Shown here: piece after piece, positions 60,953 through 64,000 of the stretch
Numbering within the stretch: the stretch's first letter is position 1
Layout of the letters: each line of letters starts with the position of its first letter
DNA from: an uncultured Solirubrobacterales bacterium
GTDB taxonomy: Bacteria > Actinomycetota > Thermoleophilia > Solirubrobacterales > Solirubrobacteraceae
Direction of reading: 5' to 3'
NCBI GenBank assembly: GCA_963743165.1
Contig: CAVUOP010000009.1
Span: 11,092 to 75,091, forward strand
Length of the DNA: 64,000 bases
Translations under genes and position numbers: made by a program
The notes under the pieces: model-generated
Database searches by the model: none
The model's input: the letters and a program-made list of their open reading frames with translations, nothing else
What the model was told of the DNA's origin: nothing

Positions 60953-61378
60953 TCAGCTCTGCTCGCCGTTGTTCAAGAGGTGGATGTCAACCAGCAGCGA
61001 GCGCGTGCTGACGATCTGCAGCGCCTCGACCCGTCCCCCACGCGAGCGACGCAGCAGCCGGCGCCGCGGTTGACCCGGCGCAAGCGCACGGTTGTGGCGA
61101 TGGTTGACAAGCCCAACCACAGCGGCACCAGCGACAAACCCGCCCGCCGCGACGGCGGCGGCCTGCACCGCTGGCACCATCCCGGCCGCGCGCGCCGGCA
61201 GCCCCGGCGAGGACGCGACGATCACGCGCTCTTCGGTTTCGACGAGCAGCGCGTCGACTTCCTCAGTGACCGGCTCCTGGTCGGTGCTCGGCTCCTGGTC
61301 GAGAATCGGCTCCCGATCGAGGTGCGGCGGCTGCGGCTCCCGATCGAGGTCCGGCGGCTGCTCGTGCGCGTCGTTCAC
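60953..61378 (-). CDS. Hypothetical membrane-anchored protein
   Basis: One hydrophobic segment; N-terminal 27-bp and 18-bp tandem repeats (61271-61360). Confidence 0.6.
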   Translation of the reverse strand: MNDAHEQPPDLDREPQPPHLDREPILDQEPSTDQEPVTEEVDALLVETEERVIVASSPGLPARAAGMVPAVQAAAVAAGGFVAGAAVVGLVNHRHNRALAPGQPRRRLLRRSRGGRVEALQIVSTRSLLVDIHLLNNGEQS

Positions 61379-61408
61379 TGGACCCAGTGTAAAGAGCGCG
61401 TCAGACCG

Positions 61409-62407
61409 CTACCCGGTCTGTGCCTTGATGGCCTGCTCGACTTCCTGCCCGCGCGGGGTGAGGGTCCAGACGTTCGGTTCGCCCTTTGAGTGCCCTTGCC
61501 CGGTGTTGTGGATCAAGCCGAGGCTTTCAAGGCGCCGCAAGAGCTTTGAGATCTGCCCCTGGTCCTCGACCCCCGCGGCCTGCGCGATCGCGCGGTTAGA
61601 CGCGCCGGGCTTGGCGCCGACCGCCACGAGGACACGGACCGTGCGGTAGGTGAGACGCATATCGAGCCCCCTGAGGGGATCTTGGTGCTCACGCCGCGTG
61701 GCGCGGTTGAACAGCGGGGCAGGCCTGTCGAGCTCCCGCCGCGCCGCGGCCGGCCCGAGGTAGGGCCCCACGATCAAGCCCATCAGCGAGCCGAGCAATC
61801 CCGTCAACGGCGCGGTGTCGCGCTGGGAGAGACGCGCGTGCACCAGCGCGAACGCGCCGCCGAGGACCCCCTCGGCCGTGAGCGGCGGCGGCGGCGTCTT
61901 TGCCAACGCCCGCCCCTCATCCACGACGTCGACCAGCCGGTGAACGACCTCAGAACGGTGCGCCAGCACCCGCGGTCCGCCGCCCAGGGCCTCGACTATG
62001 AGCAGCCGCCCCATGTCCGGTTCGTCCTCCAAGAACAGCAAGAGCGCCGCGATCCCCGCCCGCAGCCGATCCTGCCACCCGCGCTCTGACTCATAAGCGT
62101 CGAGCATCTGCCGCGACGCGCGCTCTACCGCCTCGCTGAATGCCGCCGCGAGGCAGTCTTCGCGGTCGCGGAACATATCGTAGAACGTGCGCCGGGACAC
62201 CCCCGAGCGAGCCACCACGTGTGCCACCGTCGCGTTGGCCGCCCCCCGCTCCCCGGCGACTTCGGCCATCGCCACGATCATCCGCGCGCGCTGGATCTCC
62301 GAGACTTTCTCGCGCCCAACGCCGGAGGTCTCACCACCCCTGCTGCCACGCCCAGCACCGGGACGCGCGCGCTTACGCGCCCCAGCACCACGAGAGGACA
62401 CCGTCAC
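61409..62407 (-). CDS. TetR + winged-HTH regulator, cassette 4
   Basis: Close paralog of the other two copies. Confidence 0.85.
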   Translation of the reverse strand: MTVSSRGAGARKRARPGAGRGSRGGETSGVGREKVSEIQRARMIVAMAEVAGERGAANATVAHVVARSGVSRRTFYDMFRDREDCLAAAFSEAVERASRQMLDAYESERGWQDRLRAGIAALLLFLEDEPDMGRLLIVEALGGGPRVLAHRSEVVHRLVDVVDEGRALAKTPPPPLTAEGVLGGAFALVHARLSQRDTAPLTGLLGSLMGLIVGPYLGPAAARRELDRPAPLFNRATRREHQDPLRGLDMRLTYRTVRVLVAVGAKPGASNRAIAQAAGVEDQGQISKLLRRLESLGLIHNTGQGHSKGEPNVWTLTPRGQEVEQAIKAQTG

Positions 62408-62416
62408 GCCTCCCGC

Positions 62417-64000
62417 CTACCCCTTCTTACCGTGCTTCGGTTTCTTGGCGTGCTTAGGCTTCTTCTTCTTCGCCTTCGTGCACCCTGTCACAGCGATCTT
62501 CGTTGACTGCTTGATCCGCGCCCCGTTCTGACCCGTGATCGTGGTGGGCATCACGAGGCTTGTGCCACACAGGTTGTTCATGCCCTCACGGGTACCCTTC
62601 GCCTTCGCCGCGATGTTCGCCGCCAGCGCGGAGTGCGGCCCCTCGGGCAGGCTCAGCTCGAACGAGTCAATCGGCGCGTCGGGCACCGCGTTGAACGCGC
62701 TGCTCGTGACCCCGTGCTTGATGTCGATGCTCCCCACGAGTTCGAGCTTGACGCCTTCGCCCTGCAGGACGATCACCAGGTCGGGGAACGCCGCCCCACC
62801 GTGAGACACCAGATACGCCGGACCCGACACCGGGCTCGTCAGCACCGGCGTACGGGCGATGACGGTCCCGATGTTCGACCCTGCCGGGCACGACGCGGGG
62901 TTCTGGTTGAATACGGCCGCGGTACACGCCTGCTGGATCGTCGTCAACCGCGACGGCAACTGCTTGGGCAGTGTGACGGCGACCTTGCCGATGTTCGCCT
63001 GCCCGAACCCAGAGGTGACCTTCACATCCAGGGAGGCCCCGTTCTTCTTGCTCGTCCTCGCTTGGGTTGACACCTTGAACGACGGTTTGAACGGCAACCG
63101 TGCGCAGTTCGTGACCTGGAACGGCACCGTGTCGTCCACGCTCCCACCCTGCGTGCCGGTGAGGGTTCCAGTCGCGTTCAAGGCGTCACAGTTGGTGGGG
63201 TTGAACATGAACCCCTGCCGGTCGATCGTGACGTTGATGTGCTTGACCTGTAGGGATATGCCCTGGAGGATCGTCGGGAACGGGTCGCTCGTCACCGTGA
63301 TCCGCGCGGTATGCGGATCGACATCGATCCGGGCGCGCACCACCACACAGTCACACGCCCCTGAGCCGAGGTCGAACGGGCCAGCCTTCGCCGGGACCGC
63401 TATCGAGAGGCCAAATGGCGCGCCATGGTAGGGCCCAGTGATGAATACCTGGCCACCAGTCACCGTATACGGGTCACTCCCGACACCCGCACTGACCGTG
63501 AGATGCCCCAGCAGGCTTTCCTGGCCACACGTCCCCTGGCTTGCCTGTGGTTCGGGGCACTGCTTCACCGACGAGAGCCTCCCCAACAACCCCTGGGGTA
63601 TGTGCAGCTGCAAACCGCTCAACGTCTGTTCGTTGTCCTGGCGGCCCATCGTCACCGTGAACGGCGTGAACCCACCCGCCTGGATATTCGTACTACCCGC
63701 CGTGAGTGACGCCGCGAACGGCAACCCACCCGGGCACGCACTGCCACCGAGGCCACTGCTGACCTGGAAGCCAGAGCTCGTGTTCACCGGGGCGTTTTCA
63801 GACCACGGCGAGAACACCGCGTCCGTCGTATACGTCCCACACATCGCGGGGGTCGAGAAGGGTGCCCGTGATCCGCCGAAGAAGTGCAGCTGGATGTCTT
63901 CGATCGGGTCCTGCGGCGCGTTCTTGAACGTGCTCGTCAAACGCCCAGTCACAGGGTCGAGAGCGATTTCCCCGGCGAGCTTCGCACGGACACCAGACAC
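62417..64000 (-). CDS. Large secreted four-repeat protein, cassette 4 (5' part outside window)
   Basis: Repeats 2 (partial), 3 and 4 plus a Lys-rich tail. Confidence 0.85.
   Translation of the reverse strand: MSGVRAKLAGEIALDPVTGRLTSTFKNAPQDPIEDIQLHFFGGSRAPFSTPAMCGTYTTDAVFSPWSENAPVNTSSGFQVSSGLGGSACPGGLPFAASLTAGSTNIQAGGFTPFTVTMGRQDNEQTLSGLQLHIPQGLLGRLSSVKQCPEPQASQGTCGQESLLGHLTVSAGVGSDPYTVTGGQVFITGPYHGAPFGLSIAVPAKAGPFDLGSGACDCVVVRARIDVDPHTARITVTSDPFPTILQGISLQVKHINVTIDRQGFMFNPTNCDALNATGTLTGTQGGSVDDTVPFQVTNCARLPFKPSFKVSTQARTSKKNGASLDVKVTSGFGQANIGKVAVTLPKQLPSRLTTIQQACTAAVFNQNPASCPAGSNIGTVIARTPVLTSPVSGPAYLVSHGGAAFPDLVIVLQGEGVKLELVGSIDIKHGVTSSAFNAVPDAPIDSFELSLPEGPHSALAANIAAKAKGTREGMNNLCGTSLVMPTTITGQNGARIKQSTKIAVTGCTKAKKKKPKHAKKPKHGKKG

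Noticed and set aside
61271-61360. 27-bp and 18-bp tandem repeats
   Set aside because: In-frame slippage duplications in a disordered N-terminus; no sign of function.
24948-64000. Cassettes as prophage, contractile injection system or Rhs/T7SS polymorphic toxins
   Set aside because: No capsid, tail, YD-repeat, WXG or immunity genes; the proteins have Sec signals and conserved rather than variable C-termini.

Overview
High-GC actinobacterial chromosome segment; gene content and protein style point to Thermoleophilia/Solirubrobacterales (inference). The left 24 kb is mostly housekeeping: lysS, greA, dusB, coaX, a folP-folB / folK set split by an MMPL/cupredoxin/P450 block, tilS-hpt-ftsH, deoD and a fadB-like gene. 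The 31-43 kb stretch carries acyl-CoA dehydrogenase, MoxR-vWA, an NMT1/THI5 ABC transporter, PucR and pfkA. The striking feature is a family of four minus-strand cassettes (24.9-30.0, 43.3-50.05, 51.9-60.0 kb and a truncated one at 61.4-64 kb). A complete cassette encodes a secreted beta-propeller-like protein and a ~1000-aa secreted Cys-rich protein built from four internal repeats; three copies end in a TetR protein with an extra C-terminal winged HTH. Cassette 1 is bracketed by two low-GC paralogous 6-Cys secreted proteins (candidate filament subunits). Cassettes 2 and 3 share a 137-bp 94%-identical leader and very similar 3' regions around variable cores. I read this as a candidate sortase-independent surface-fibre/adhesin system with swappable modules (hypothesis). 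Two toxin-antitoxin-like pairs sit between cassettes 2 and 3. Four apparent 1-2 base frameshifts suggest read errors. No rRNA, tRNA, CRISPR array, integrase or transposase was recognised.
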